Shown: one piece after another, positions 31,788 to 43,932 of the stretch | How the letters are laid out: every line of letters begins with the position of its first letter | How positions within the stretch are numbered: the first letter of the stretch is position 1 | Assembly: GCA_963665325.3 (NCBI GenBank) | Contig: CAXXWS020000004.1 | Coordinates: forward strand, 256,001 to 320,000 | DNA length: 64,000 nucleotides | Direction of reading: 5' to 3' | DNA from: Alphaproteobacteria bacterium | Lineage (GTDB): Bacteria; Pseudomonadota; Alphaproteobacteria; Bin95 | Notes under the pieces: generated by a model | The model's input: only the letters and a program-made list of their open reading frames with translations | Told to the model about the DNA's origin: nothing | Database searches by the model: none | Made by a program: the position numbers and the translations under genes

Positions 31788-31799
31788 GGCGGCGTCGGC

Positions 31800-33329
<1,530 letters not shown>

Positions 33330-33335
33330 GTCCCC

Positions 33336-33893
33336 TCAAGCCCCTTTCATGGAGAGTTCGAGCCTGCGCAGCCGGGAGCCGAGCGAGCTGTCGAAGAGCC
33401 GCGAACCGAGCCTGACGACCAGTCCGCCGAGAATGTCGGAATCGACCCTGAGGTCGATGGAAACCTTGCCGCCCGCGATGCCGCCGAGCGCCGTTTCGAG
33501 CGAGCGGAGCTGCGCGTCGTCGAGCGCATGGGCCACGGTGACTTCCGCCGTGACCTCCCCGCGGCGCTCGGCGAGCACGGCGAGGAACCGCTCGGCTATC
33601 GCCTGGAGCGCGAACAGCCGGCCGTGGCGCGCAACGACACCGATGAAATTGCGCGTCATGTCCGCGAATCCGGCCCGCTCCGCCACCGCCTGCATGGCGC
33701 GGGCGCGCTCCTCGCGGGCGATCAACGGCGAGCGCACGACATGCGAAAGCTCGGGGTTTTCCGCCAGCAGCGCCTTCAGCGCCTCGAGGTCTTCCGCGAC
33801 CCGGTCGAGCGCCTTCTCTTCCTCGGCCAGTTCCAGCAGAGCGGTCGCATAGCGCTCGGCGAGTGCGGAAACGGGTCCTGCCTGAGAAGCCAC
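33336..33893 (-). CDS. atpH: ATP synthase F1 delta
   Basis: GTG start; AERYATAL..ILGGLVVRLGSRLFDSS. Confidence 0.95.
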   Translation of the reverse strand: MASQAGPVSALAERYATALLELAEEEKALDRVAEDLEALKALLAENPELSHVVRSPLIAREERARAMQAVAERAGFADMTRNFIGVVARHGRLFALQAIAERFLAVLAERRGEVTAEVTVAHALDDAQLRSLETALGGIAGGKVSIDLRVDSDILGGLVVRLGSRLFDSSLGSRLRRLELSMKGA

Positions 33894-34160
33894 GAAATAA
33901 TGTCCCCGAAATGCGTGCCGCTTCCGATCCGCCACCGCTCGAATGCCCCGGCGAACAGGACGGCTACGGGCCGAACGAAACGGGCGCGAGCCCGAGAGCG
34001 CCGCGCGGGCTTCGTGCTATCACAGCCGTAATCGGAGCCGCAACCGAACCCCCCGCGACATATTGGCTAAGCGCCGTAATGTAGTGTCGATGCGGTGTTG
34101 AATTGAAACGCCGCCGATCTTACTCTCCACGATGGAATCAGGCAGCGAATGGAGGCCGCA

Positions 34161-34427
34161 ATGGAAGTCGCCATACGCGAGGCTAAAGCGCGCCTTTCCG
34201 AACTGGTCGCCGCCGCCCGGAACGGCGAGCGCGTCGTTATCACCAGGCACGGACGCCCGGCGGCCGAACTCGTCGCTTGCGAAGCGCGCGGCGGCATCGA
34301 CTTCGACAAGCTGGACCGGATACGGCGACGCCTCGGCATTGTCGGGGACGGGGAGCGCTGGCCGGAGGAGTGGAACGATCCGGCCTTCAGCCGGCAGGTG
34401 CTGGGGCTGGAAGACGAAGACGGATAG
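34161..34427 (+). CDS. Phd/YefM antitoxin
   Basis: GGAGG RBS; IREAKARLSELV..GERVVITRHGRPAAELV. Confidence 0.88.
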   Translation: MEVAIREAKARLSELVAAARNGERVVITRHGRPAAELVACEARGGIDFDKLDRIRRRLGIVGDGERWPEEWNDPAFSRQVLGLEDEDG

Positions 34428-34431
34428 CGGG

Positions 34432-34839
34432 GTGCGAATCCTCCTCGACACCCACTGGCTCTATGACTTGATGGAGGCTCCGGGAAAGCTGCCGGCAATC
34501 GAGCAGCGGTTGCTGGCCGACCGGAATACGCAGCTGTTTTCGAGCGCCGTGTCGATCTGGGAAATGCGGCTCAAATTTCACGCCCGCCATCGGGACGGCG
34601 CGCGCAAGAGCCGCTTCAACCCGAACGACGTACTGGCGGCGCTGGAGGATCTGGCCATTCCGGTGCTTGCAATGACCCCGGCGCATGCGGCGCAGCCGCT
34701 CGAGGTGCCGCTTGCCCACCGCGACCCGTTCGACGAATTGCTGCTCGTCCAGGCACAGGAGGAAGGACTGAAGCTCCTGACCCACGACCGGCTTCTCACC
34801 GGCCATCCGCTGGCGGTCTCGCCGGGCGCGCCGGCATAG
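34432..34839 (+). CDS. vapC: VapC/PIN-domain toxin
   Basis: RILLDTH, SAVSIWE, HRDPFDELL, LLTHD. Confidence 0.88.
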   Translation: MRILLDTHWLYDLMEAPGKLPAIEQRLLADRNTQLFSSAVSIWEMRLKFHARHRDGARKSRFNPNDVLAALEDLAIPVLAMTPAHAAQPLEVPLAHRDPFDELLLVQAQEEGLKLLTHDRLLTGHPLAVSPGAPA

Positions 34840-34879
34840 CTCAACGCCCTCGCCCCGAGCCTTCGGGGCTTTGTCCCCG

Positions 34880-35950
34880 TCAGTCCAGCCCTTCCTTCAG
34901 CCGGTCCCAGACCTCCGTCCCCCAAAGCGGTCTATTTTCGTGAGCTGCATCCCACGGTGTCTTGCCGTCCCGATCTCTCGCCTTCGGGTCCGCCCCGGCT
35001 TCCAGAAAAGCCTCGACGACAGCCGGATTCGGGTTGTGCGCCGCCGCCCAATACAGTGGCGTCTGGCCGCGGGCGTCGCGTGCATCCGTTTCGGCCCCGG
35101 CGGTGAGCAGCGCCATGATGATGGCAGGGTTCTCGCTGTGTGACGCTGCGGTGTGAAGCGGCGTCCGCCCGTCGTAGCGCCTCAGATTCGGGTCGGCCCC
35201 AGCAGCGAGGATCGCCTGAATCGAGGCCGGATCGCTGTAACTTGCAGCCCAGTGGACCGGCGTCCCGTCATATTCGTTCCGCGCATTCGGGTTCGCGCCG
35301 GCTGCAAGAAGCGCCCGGACCTTGTCGGGGTTTTCGTGCCGCCACAGCGCGTAGTGCAATGGCGTCTCCCGCTCGATGTCCATTGCGTTCGGTCTGGCGC
35401 CGGCGGCGAGAAGCTTTTCCACGACGGCAGGATTGCCGTTGAACCACGCCGCGAAGTGCAGCGGCGTGCGTCCCTCTCCGGTGCGTGCATCCACGCGCGC
35501 GCCGGCAGCCAGAAGCGCCGCCGCGACGCCGGGGTCCTCGTTCAGCCGCGCCGCGAGGTGGAGCGGCGTCAGGCCCTCCTCGTCCCGGGCGCCGGCGTCG
35601 GCCCCAGCCGCAAGAAGCGCCTTGACCGCAGCGCGGTTTTCCTCGTCTTTCGCCGCCCGGTGCAGCGGGGTCCAGCGCAGAAAGTCCCGCGCATCGGGGT
35701 CCGCGCCGGCTTCGAGCAGCACTGCAACTGCTGCCGGGTTCCTGCCCGCCGCCGCGTGGTGCAGGGGCGTCCATCCCTCCCCGTCTCTCGCGTTCGGGTC
35801 CGCCCGGGCGGCGAGGCAGGCGCGGATATCGGCCCCGGTCGCGGCCCGGAAGAAAGTCGTCTTGTTCCACTTCCCGCAATCGGCGGCCATTGCCGCGACA
35901 GGAAGCAAGGCAGCAAGCAAGGTCAGAATGGCTGTAAGCGAGCGAATCAT
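34880..35950 (-). CDS. Secreted ankyrin-repeat protein (about 8 repeats); alternative start 35989
   Basis: Signal peptide ..LPVAAMA; repeated TPLHxAA..GADPNAR units. Confidence 0.9.
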   Translation of the reverse strand: MIRSLTAILTLLAALLPVAAMAADCGKWNKTTFFRAATGADIRACLAARADPNARDGEGWTPLHHAAAGRNPAAVAVLLEAGADPDARDFLRWTPLHRAAKDEENRAAVKALLAAGADAGARDEEGLTPLHLAARLNEDPGVAAALLAAGARVDARTGEGRTPLHFAAWFNGNPAVVEKLLAAGARPNAMDIERETPLHYALWRHENPDKVRALLAAGANPNARNEYDGTPVHWAASYSDPASIQAILAAGADPNLRRYDGRTPLHTAASHSENPAIIMALLTAGAETDARDARGQTPLYWAAAHNPNPAVVEAFLEAGADPKARDRDGKTPWDAAHENRPLWGTEVWDRLKEGLD

Positions 35951-36030
35951 GGCGGCTGTTCGGGTCACGATGCGGAGAAACGCAAACATTCGATCGGAGC
36001 CCCCATCCATGCAAGCCAGGCTACCGGCCC

Positions 36031-37458
36031 TCAATCGCGTCCGTCCCGGAGCCGCCGGTAGGCGTCGGTTCCCTTCAACTCCTCCCGCCCTTCGGCAAGG
36101 TCCCACGGGGTCTTGTCGAACGCGGTGCGCGCCTTCGGGTCCGCACCGGCGTCCAGCAGCGCTTCGATGGCCGCAGCGTCGGCGAACTCGGCCGCCCTGT
36201 GCAACGGCGTCGCATCCGCCCGGTCCCGCGCCCCGATATCCGCCCCGGCCTCCACGAGCGCTTCGACGACCGCCGGACTCGTCTCCGTCGCTCGGGCATA
36301 CACATACAGCAATCCTTCGCTTGGCGGGCCGGATACTGCGGTATGCAGCGGCGTGCCGTCCGTCCCGTCCCGCGCTTCGAGGTTGGCCCCGCGTTCGACA
36401 AGGAGCCTGACGGCGGCGACATTCCCGATTGCCGCCGCGGCATGCAGGGACGTGCGGAGGTCCGCATCGGCCGCCTCGATATCGGCGCCGGCATCGAGCA
36501 GCGCAGCAATCGTCGCGATGCCCGCCTCCGCCCTGGTGTCGAAGGCCGTTCCTTGCTCACGCAATCTAGCAATCCACGCCGGGTCCCGGGGAACCGACGC
36601 AATATGCAGCGGCGTAAGGTCGGCCAGCGCTTTCGCCCCGGTATCCGCGCCGGCTTCGGCAAGCATGGTTGTCAACGCAACGTTTCCGATAAGCGCCGCC
36701 AGATGCAGCGCAGCGAAGCCGGTCTTGGGTTCCCGGGCTTCGATGTCCGCGCCGCCCGCCAGCAGCGCCGCGACGGAGGCCCCGTCCCCGACCGTAACCG
36801 CCGCCATGAGCGGCGCGGTGCCATCTTCCTTCCGCGCTTCGAGGTCGGCCCCGGCGTCTGCAAGCGTCGCGATGGCGGCCGCGTTCCCGAAATCCGCCGC
36901 CAGATATACGGCCGTCCTGCCCAGCGCGTCGCGCGCATCGATGTCGGCGCCGGCCTCGACAAGCGCCGCGACTGCGGAGGTGCCGTTGTTTTTCGCCGCC
37001 TGGTGCAACGGCGCGAGGTCGCGGCCGGCGCGGGCGTCTATATCGGCTCCGGCGGCGACGAGCACGGCGATTGTGGCCGGGTTTCCGCTCCAGGCCGCGA
37101 TATGCAGAGGCGTCCTGCCGCGAGAGGCCAGCGCCTCCGGGTCCGCCCCTGCTTCGAGCAGCACGGTAAGCGCCGAGGCATTTCCGGCGCCGGCTGCCAA
37201 GTGCGCCGGCGTGAAATCGTATTCGCTCAGTGCATTGGGGTCCGCCCCGGCGGCGAGGCAGGCCCGGACATCGGCCACCACCGCCTCGGCGAAGAACGCC
37301 TCCGTATTCCATTGCCCCCCGCAATCGGCGGCCCCGGCTGCGGCGGGGAAGGCCGTGGCGAGCAGGACGAGGAAAGCAGAGAGAAAGCGAGGTATGGCGG
37401 CGGCTTCGATCAGGGGGCGGGAGCAGCAAATGTTCCACGATACGGCGCACCCGTCCAC
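36031..37458 (-). CDS. Secreted ankyrin-repeat protein (about 10 repeats); start uncertain
   Basis: Signal peptide ..LLATAFPAAAGA; TPLH/GADIDAR repeats, two with insertions. Confidence 0.88.
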   Translation of the reverse strand: MDGCAVSWNICCSRPLIEAAAIPRFLSAFLVLLATAFPAAAGAADCGGQWNTEAFFAEAVVADVRACLAAGADPNALSEYDFTPAHLAAGAGNASALTVLLEAGADPEALASRGRTPLHIAAWSGNPATIAVLVAAGADIDARAGRDLAPLHQAAKNNGTSAVAALVEAGADIDARDALGRTAVYLAADFGNAAAIATLADAGADLEARKEDGTAPLMAAVTVGDGASVAALLAGGADIEAREPKTGFAALHLAALIGNVALTTMLAEAGADTGAKALADLTPLHIASVPRDPAWIARLREQGTAFDTRAEAGIATIAALLDAGADIEAADADLRTSLHAAAAIGNVAAVRLLVERGANLEARDGTDGTPLHTAVSGPPSEGLLYVYARATETSPAVVEALVEAGADIGARDRADATPLHRAAEFADAAAIEALLDAGADPKARTAFDKTPWDLAEGREELKGTDAYRRLRDGRD

Positions 37459-37476
37459 GCCGCGGCTACCAGCCCC

Positions 37477-39639
37477 TCACATGAAGCTGTAGGGGTCCAC
37501 GTCTATCTGGAGGGAGACGTTGGCGGGCAGGCGGACGGCGCCCAGCCAGGCGCGCAGGATCGGCTGCACCGGGCGGTCGCGCGGGGCCTTCAGCAGGAGG
37601 CGCCAGCGGTGGCGGCCGCGGAGCAGGGAGAGCGGCGCGGGCGCGGGGCCGAGCACGTCCGCTTCCCCGCCCTGGGGCGCGGCGCGGGCGAGCGCGCGGG
37701 CCGCCGCCTCCACCGCCGCCGCATCGCGCGAGGCCAGCACCAAAGCCGCGAGCCGGCCGTAAGGCGGCATGCCGGCCGCGCGGCGCCCCTCCCGCTCGGC
37801 TGCCAGGAACGCCTCCCGGTCGCCCGAGGCCAGCGCCTGCATCACCGGGTTCTCCGGCTGCCATGTCTGCACCAGCACGCGCCCCGGCCGCTCCGCCCGC
37901 CCGGCGCGGCCGGCCACCTGGGTCAGCAGTTGATGGGTGCGCTCGGAGGCGCGCAGGTCGCCGCCAGCAAGCCCGAGGTCGCCGTCCACCACGCCGACGG
38001 CCGTCAGCCAGGGAAAATGATGTCCCTTGGCAGCAAGCTGCGTACCGATGATGAGGTCGATCTCGCGCGCCTCAACTCTCTCGACGAATTCCGCGGCGGC
38101 GCGGGGCCCGCGCACGCTGTCGCTAGAAAACATGCCGAGCCGCGCTTCGGGGAAAAGCGCCGCCGCCGCCTCGGCGATGCGTTCCACGCCGGGCCCGCAG
38201 GCGGCCAGGCTCTCTTCCGCCCCGCAGGCCGGACATTCTGCCGGCGGCGGGCCGGCGAAGCCGCAATGGTGGCATTGCAACCGCCCCGCCAGCCGGTGCT
38301 CCACGAGCCAGGCGCTGCAATGGCGGCACTCGATCCGGTGCCCGCAGGCGCGGCAGAGCGTCAGCGGCGCATAGCCCCGCCGGTTGAGGAACAGCAGCGC
38401 CTGCTCGCCGGCATCGAGGGCCGTGCGGAGCGCCGCCTCCAGGGGCGCGGCGAGCCATTCTCCGCGCGGCGGCGGATTCTGGCGCAAGTCGATCACAGAC
38501 ACGTCCGGCAGCGCCGCCCGCCTGTAGCGCTCCGCCAGCCTGAGCCGCCGGTATCGCCCGGCCCTCGCGTTCTCCTCGCTTTCGAGCGAGGGCGTGGCCG
38601 AGGCGAGCACGACCGGCACATCCTCCAGCCGGGCGCGCAGCACGGCCATGTCGCGTGCGTGGTAGGCGACGCCGTCCTCCTGCTTGAAGGCCGGCTCATG
38701 CTCCTCGTCCACCACCACGACCCCGAGCGCCGGGAACGGCAGGAACAGCGCCGAGCGTGCACCGACGACAACCTGCGCCTCGCCCTCCGCAATGGCCCGC
38801 CAGCCGGTGCGCCGCTCGCCGGCCGGCAGGTCCGAGTGCCAGGCTAGCGGCCGCGCGCCGAACCTGGCCTCGAAGCGCTGCATCCACTGCGCCGTCAGCG
38901 CGATTTCCGGCAGCAGGATAAGCGCCTGCCGGCCGCGCCGGAGCGCAGCCGCGACCGCCTCGAAATAGACCTCCGTCTTGCCCGCCCCGGCAACGCCTTC
39001 CAGCAGCGAAACCGAGAACCCGGTTCCGCCGAGCCCGGAGGCGGCTTCGGCCTGTTCGTCGGTGAGCGCAACCCGGCTGCCGTCCGGATCCGGCGGAAGG
39101 AAGACGGGCCGCGGCGGCAATGCGACCGGCCGAATCGCACCCAGCGCCGCGAGACCCTTGAGAACGCTTGGCCCCACACCGGTCTCCCGGGCGATTTCGG
39201 CCCCGGTCAGCGCGCCCCCGCCCGCCAGCGCCTCCAGCACCGCCAGACGCTGCGGGGTGGCGCGCATGGCCGGCGGCGCGGCATCGGCCAGCCGCCAGGC
39301 GGGGCGCGGCTTCGGCGGCTCCAGCGCCGCCGGAACGCTCAGCGCCATGCGCAGCACCGACCCCGGTGGCGAGAGCGTGTAGTTCGCTACCCGGGCGACG
39401 AAGCGGCGAAGGGCCGGGCGCATCGGCGGCACCTCGAACCGGCGGGCCACGGGCTTCAGGCGGCTCGCCTCGACACCGCCCGGCCCGTTGTCCCACACGA
39501 CGCCGCGGACAAGGCGCCGTCCTAGCGGCACTTCCACGATGTCGCCCGGCGCCAGTGCCTCGCCGAGATAGTCGTAGGGCCCGGGCAGCGGCAAAGGCAG
39601 CAGCACCGGCACGGTTATGGCGCGGCTTGAGGCGGACAT
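37477..39639 (-). CDS. priA: Primosomal protein N'
   Basis: [21 protein letters not shown], paired CxxC zinc motifs, [17 protein letters not shown]. Confidence 0.96.
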   Translation of the reverse strand: MSASSRAITVPVLLPLPLPGPYDYLGEALAPGDIVEVPLGRRLVRGVVWDNGPGGVEASRLKPVARRFEVPPMRPALRRFVARVANYTLSPPGSVLRMALSVPAALEPPKPRPAWRLADAAPPAMRATPQRLAVLEALAGGGALTGAEIARETGVGPSVLKGLAALGAIRPVALPPRPVFLPPDPDGSRVALTDEQAEAASGLGGTGFSVSLLEGVAGAGKTEVYFEAVAAALRRGRQALILLPEIALTAQWMQRFEARFGARPLAWHSDLPAGERRTGWRAIAEGEAQVVVGARSALFLPFPALGVVVVDEEHEPAFKQEDGVAYHARDMAVLRARLEDVPVVLASATPSLESEENARAGRYRRLRLAERYRRAALPDVSVIDLRQNPPPRGEWLAAPLEAALRTALDAGEQALLFLNRRGYAPLTLCRACGHRIECRHCSAWLVEHRLAGRLQCHHCGFAGPPPAECPACGAEESLAACGPGVERIAEAAAALFPEARLGMFSSDSVRGPRAAAEFVERVEAREIDLIIGTQLAAKGHHFPWLTAVGVVDGDLGLAGGDLRASERTHQLLTQVAGRAGRAERPGRVLVQTWQPENPVMQALASGDREAFLAAEREGRRAAGMPPYGRLAALVLASRDAAAVEAAARALARAAPQGGEADVLGPAPAPLSLLRGRHRWRLLLKAPRDRPVQPILRAWLGAVRLPANVSLQIDVDPYSFM

Positions 39640-39684
39640 GTATAGAGTCATAGCGGTTCGGACTGACGATAAGGGCGGGTTGCC

Positions 39685-40362
39685 ATGAAATTCTTTGTCG
39701 ATACCGCCGACCTGGCGGAAATCCGCGACATGGCCGAGACCGGCATGGTCGACGGCGTCACCACCAACCCCTCGCTGATCGCCAAGAGCGGCCGCCCGCT
39801 GCTGGAAGCGATCGCCGAGATCTGCGACGTGGTGGACGGGCCGGTGAGCGCGGAAGTGACCGCGACGGACCATGCCACCATGCTGGCGGAGGGCCGGCGC
39901 CTCGCCGCCATCGCGCCCAATGTGGCGGTCAAGGTGCCGCTCACGGTGGACGGGCTGCGCACTTGCCGGGCGCTCGCCGACGAGGGCCGGACGGTCAATG
40001 TCACCCTCTGCTTCTCGCCCCAGCAGGCCCTGCTGGCGGCCCGGGCCGGAGCCGGGTTCATATCGCCCTTCGTAGGGCGGCTCGACGATCTCGGGTTGGA
40101 CGGCATGGCCCTGGTGCGCGACATCTGCGAAATCTACCGCGCCTATGACGGCATCCGCACCGAGGTGCTGGCGGCATCGGTACGCGGCCCCCTGCATGTG
40201 GTCGAAGCCGCCCGCTGCGGCGCCCACGCGGCCACGGTGCCGCCGCAGACCCTGAGGCAGCTCTACCGCCATCCGCTGACCGACGCGGGGCTCGAAGCCT
40301 TCCTTGCCGACTGGCGCAAGACCGGCCAGTCGATCCTCGACCTGCCCGACGCCGCGGAATAG
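39685..40362 (+). CDS. fsa: Transaldolase/fructose-6-phosphate aldolase (TalC/FSA)
   Basis: [38 protein letters not shown]. Confidence 0.92.
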   Translation: MKFFVDTADLAEIRDMAETGMVDGVTTNPSLIAKSGRPLLEAIAEICDVVDGPVSAEVTATDHATMLAEGRRLAAIAPNVAVKVPLTVDGLRTCRALADEGRTVNVTLCFSPQQALLAARAGAGFISPFVGRLDDLGLDGMALVRDICEIYRAYDGIRTEVLAASVRGPLHVVEAARCGAHAATVPPQTLRQLYRHPLTDAGLEAFLADWRKTGQSILDLPDAAE

Positions 40363-40366
40363 TCCG

Positions 40367-41059
40367 TTGTCCGAGCCTGTGTCCGAGCCTGCGCCGGACG
40401 ATGTTGCAGACTATCTCCGCCGCAACCCGGACTTCCTGCGCCGCCACCCGGAACTGCTGACCGTGCTTGCGCCGCCGGGGCGCGACGAAGGCGGCGTGGT
40501 GGACCTGCAGCGCGTCATGGTCGAGCGCGAGCGGCAGAACAACAGCGAGCTGCGCGAGGCGTTGCAGCAACTGCTCGATCTCGGGGCGAACAACCAGACC
40601 AGCATGTCGCGCATCCACGATGCAGCGCTCGGCGTGGTCGGACTGCGCCGTTTCGGGGACCTCGCCGCCGTAATCTCCGACGACTGGCCGGAACTGCTCG
40701 GCTGCGACGGGGCGGCGCTCGCCTTCGAGACGCGCGCCGAGGCGCTGCCGGCCGCTCCGGGCCTTGTTGCGCTGGCGCCGGGCCGCGTGGACGCCCTGAT
40801 CGGCAAAGGCGCCGCCCGGCTCGAAGGCGGGCTCAAGCGGGGTCCGACGGACATCTTCGGCGGGGCCGCGAATATGGTTGCAAGCCAGGCCCTGCTGCGC
40901 CTCACCCCCGGACCGCGCGACCCGCCCGGCCTGCTGGCGCTCTCTTCGCGTGAGCCGGAGCATTTCGAGGCCGGACAGGGGACCGAATTGCTGGCCTTCC
41001 TCGCGCGCACCGTCTCCGCGCAGCTTCCGGCGCTGATCGACCCCCCGGAATCGCTATGA
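40367..41059 (+). CDS. DUF484 family protein
   Basis: [25 protein letters not shown]; overlaps the xerC start; start TTG 40367 or GTG 40379. Confidence 0.85.
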   Translation: MSEPVSEPAPDDVADYLRRNPDFLRRHPELLTVLAPPGRDEGGVVDLQRVMVERERQNNSELREALQQLLDLGANNQTSMSRIHDAALGVVGLRRFGDLAAVISDDWPELLGCDGAALAFETRAEALPAAPGLVALAPGRVDALIGKGAARLEGGLKRGPTDIFGGAANMVASQALLRLTPGPRDPPGLLALSSREPEHFEAGQGTELLAFLARTVSAQLPALIDPPESL

Positions 41060-41958
41060 CGCCGGAGACCGCCCGGTTTCTGGAGGACTGGCACGGCTGG
41101 CTCGCGCACGAGCGCGGTTTTTCCGAGCACACCGTCTCCGGCTACCTGCGGGATGTGGCGGACTTCCTAGGCTTTCTCGAAGGCTATACGGGCGAGCCGG
41201 TCTCGGCGGCGGTCCTGGCGAAGGTCGAGCCGCGCGACATCCGCGCCTGGCTCGCCGAACGCGCACGCGGCGGGATGGGCGCCGCGTCCCGCGCCCGGGG
41301 CCTCTCCGCGCTGCGCAATTGGTTGCGCTGGCTGGCGCAGAAGGGCGTCGGCGATGCGGCGGCGCTCACCGGCATCCGCACGCCGAAACTGCCGCGCCCG
41401 GTGCCGAAGGCGCTCGCGCACGACGAGACCGACCGCCTGCTCGCCGCGCCGGGCGAGGACTGGCAGGACCGCCGCGACCTGGCGCTGTTTTCGCTCCTGT
41501 ACGGGGCCGGGCTTCGGATCGGCGAGGCGCTCGCGCTGGACACGGGCGCGTTCGGTGCCGGCGACACCCTGCGGGTCATCGGCAAGGGGCGGAAGGAGCG
41601 GGTCGTGCCGCTGCTGCCGGCCGTGCGGGAGGCGGCATCCGCATACCGGAAGACCTGTCCCCATACGCTACTGCCCGGCGGGCCGTTCTTCCTCGGTGCG
41701 CGCGGCGGGCGCCTGCAGGCGGGCGTCGCGCAACTCAGGCTCCGCCGCCTGCGCGCCCGGCTGAACCTGCCGGAAAGCACGACGCCGCACGCCCTGCGCC
41801 ACAGTTTCGCCACCCACCTGCTGGGCGCCGGCGCGGACTTGCGCAGCATCCAGGAACTGCTGGGCCACGCCTCGCTGGGGACCACGCAGCGATACACCGC
41901 CGTCGATGTCGCCCACCTCGAAAAGGTGTTCCGCGCCGCCCATCCAAGGGCACGATAG
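41056..41958 (+). CDS. xerC: Tyrosine recombinase XerC
   Basis: YGAGLRIGE, GKGRKERVVP, TPHALRHSFATHLL, LLGHASLGTTQRY; DUF484 synteny. Confidence 0.93.
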   Translation: MTPETARFLEDWHGWLAHERGFSEHTVSGYLRDVADFLGFLEGYTGEPVSAAVLAKVEPRDIRAWLAERARGGMGAASRARGLSALRNWLRWLAQKGVGDAAALTGIRTPKLPRPVPKALAHDETDRLLAAPGEDWQDRRDLALFSLLYGAGLRIGEALALDTGAFGAGDTLRVIGKGRKERVVPLLPAVREAASAYRKTCPHTLLPGGPFFLGARGGRLQAGVAQLRLRRLRARLNLPESTTPHALRHSFATHLLGAGADLRSIQELLGHASLGTTQRYTAVDVAHLEKVFRAAHPRAR

Positions 41959-42026
41959 TCCTTGGCAACGGCATGCTTCTGTTATAGTCCCGCGATTCGA
42001 CGTTGGTGGAGCCCAATATCGTGACG

Positions 42027-42788
42027 ATGCCTTTGGTCGGAATTTCGGCCTGTACAAAGACCTTCCATAACTTTCCGGTCCATTCGGTGCACTCGCGTTT
42101 CGCCGAAGTCATGGTGGAGGTCGTCGGCGCTGCGCCCCTGCTGATCCCGCCGGTCGGCGAGCATATCGACATTCCGGATCTGGTCTCGCGCTTCGACGGC
42201 ATCGTCACCACCGGCAGCCCGTCCAATGTCCAGCCGCATCTCTACGGCCAGGAAATCGACCCCGAGAACACCAACTTCGACCCCGGACGCGATGCCACCA
42301 CCCTGCCCGTGCTCCGGGAAGCCGCCCGTCAGGGCGTGCCGGTGCTGGCGATCTGCCGGGGCATCCAGGAACTCAATGTGGCGTTCGGCGGCACGCTCCA
42401 CCAGTTCGTCCACAAGGTGCCGGGCTGCCAGGACCACCGCTCCATGAAAACCCGGCCGATGGGCGGGCGGGCAGCGCTGCGCCATTCCGTGATGCTGGCG
42501 GAAGGAGGCCTCCTGCGCCGTATCGCTGAGGGCCGAAGCATCGAGATGGTGAACTCCCTCCATGCCGAGGGCCTGGACCGGGTGGCCGACGGGTTCATGG
42601 TCGAGGCCCTTTCGCCCGACGGGGTGGTCGAGGCGATTTCGCGCCCGGCCGGCGCCTTCTGTCTCGGCGTTCAGTGGCACCCGGAGACGCTTTACCAGAC
42701 CAATGCGTTCGCGCGCGCCATCTTCGCCGCCTTCGGAGAGGCGGTAGAGGCCCATATGCTGGGTGTCGGGGCCGTGCGAGCGGCATGA
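42027..42788 (+). CDS. Gamma-glutamyl-GABA hydrolase (peptidase C26, PuuD-like)
   Basis: TGSPSNV, DPGRDATT, ICRGIQE, VNSLH, VQWHPE. Confidence 0.87.
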   Translation: MPLVGISACTKTFHNFPVHSVHSRFAEVMVEVVGAAPLLIPPVGEHIDIPDLVSRFDGIVTTGSPSNVQPHLYGQEIDPENTNFDPGRDATTLPVLREAARQGVPVLAICRGIQELNVAFGGTLHQFVHKVPGCQDHRSMKTRPMGGRAALRHSVMLAEGGLLRRIAEGRSIEMVNSLHAEGLDRVADGFMVEALSPDGVVEAISRPAGAFCLGVQWHPETLYQTNAFARAIFAAFGEAVEAHMLGVGAVRAA

Positions 42789-43720
42789 CGGGCGGGGCGG
42801 CACGACCGCCGTCGCTTCCCGAACCGTTCGCCGAAAGGTCGGTCGTCGCTGCGGATGACGGCCTTGAGCTGAGTCTCTACCGGCTGCGGGAGGGGAAGGA
42901 CGGCGCGCCCGCCCTTCTATGGGGCCACGCCAACGGTTTCCCTGCGGGAGGCTACGCGCCGCTGCTGCGCCTGCTCGCGAGCGACTTCCGCGTCTACGCC
43001 TACGATGCGCGCGGACATGGCGGGTCCGGCCTGCCGGACGACAAACCAGGTTTCGACCGCTATGCCGCCGACCTCGACCTCGTCTGCCGGGCGGTCCGGG
43101 CGGATGCGGACGGAGCGCCGCTCTTCTATGCCTCGCACAGCTTTTGCGGCGTGGCCGGGCTCCGGCTCGCCGGCGTCTTCGGGCGCGAACCCTGGGAGGC
43201 CTTCACCGCCTTCGAGCCGCCGGTCTCGCCGCCGCTCGACCATCCGGCGAGAGGCCATTCCGAGACAGCGTCGCGGGAGCTTTCCGGCATGGCGCTCAGG
43301 CGCCGGCCGCGCTGGGCCGATCCCGAGGCCTTTCGCCAGGCCCTCGCCGGGCGCACCGCTTATGAAGGCTTCGAACCCGAGTCGCTGGCAGGCCATTGCC
43401 GGGGTTCGCTGCATCCGACGGGCGACGGCGACTGGCAGCTTGCCTGTCCCGGGCCGCTGGAAGCGCACAATTACGAGGCGGCGCTGGACTCCTCGACCTT
43501 CGAGGGTCTCGCCCACATCGCCCGCCCTGTGACTTTCGTGGCCAGCGTGGACGGCGGCGAATCCGGCAATCCGAGTTGGGCGGCGACAGTGCAGGCCGCC
43601 TGCGCCGCGCGGGTGCCGAACGGACGGTTGGCGACATTTTCGGGCGCGGGCCATCTGGTGCCTTTCGAGGACCCGCCGCGCTGCGCCTCGCTTGTGTGCG
43701 AGATGCTCGCTGGAGACTGA
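42785..43720 (+). CDS. Alpha/beta hydrolase
   Basis: HANGF, DARGHGGS, SHSFCG elbow, GHLVPFE. Confidence 0.85.
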   Translation: MTGGAARPPSLPEPFAERSVVAADDGLELSLYRLREGKDGAPALLWGHANGFPAGGYAPLLRLLASDFRVYAYDARGHGGSGLPDDKPGFDRYAADLDLVCRAVRADADGAPLFYASHSFCGVAGLRLAGVFGREPWEAFTAFEPPVSPPLDHPARGHSETASRELSGMALRRRPRWADPEAFRQALAGRTAYEGFEPESLAGHCRGSLHPTGDGDWQLACPGPLEAHNYEAALDSSTFEGLAHIARPVTFVASVDGGESGNPSWAATVQAACAARVPNGRLATFSGAGHLVPFEDPPRCASLVCEMLAGD

Positions 43721-43750
43721 CTTTTTTTTGCGGAAATTACATTTCCGGAC

Positions 43751-43779
43751 TTGTCAGGCGCGACAATCCGTCCTATTTT
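43751..43779 (+). promoter_or_regulatory. sigma70-type promoter with a palindrome over the -35 box
   Basis: TTGTCA-N17-TATTTT; ttgtc-aggcgc-gacaa inverted repeat. Confidence 0.55.
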
Positions 43780-43784
43780 CATAC

Positions 43785-43893
43785 CCAAAGGCTGCATGCG
43801 GCTTTTTCGCCGCGTTGGGACTCCCCCTCTCGTCCCGCAGTCTTCGACGCCCTGAAGCGCCCGGTCTCCCCCCGACCGGGCGCTTCTCCGTTT
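43785..43893 (+). ncRNA. Candidate trans-acting sRNA with anti-Shine-Dalgarno loops
   Basis: Own promoter; three-way junction with UCCCCCUCUC loop; perfect 13-bp terminal hairpin with UCCCCCC loop. Confidence 0.55.
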
Positions 43894-43932
43894 AGCGCGA
43901 CAGAAAGGCCTGAACCGGTATAAGGTGAGATC

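Noticed and set aside
36113-40272. Long plus-strand ORFs over the ankyrin/priA genes and the 931-aa extended PriA
   Set aside because: Shadows of ankyrin and priA; the PriA extension is antisense to the transaldolase gene.
40368-40391. 12-bp tandem duplication tgtccgagcctg at the DUF484 start
   Set aside because: In-frame micro-duplication in a variable N-terminus; likely neutral.
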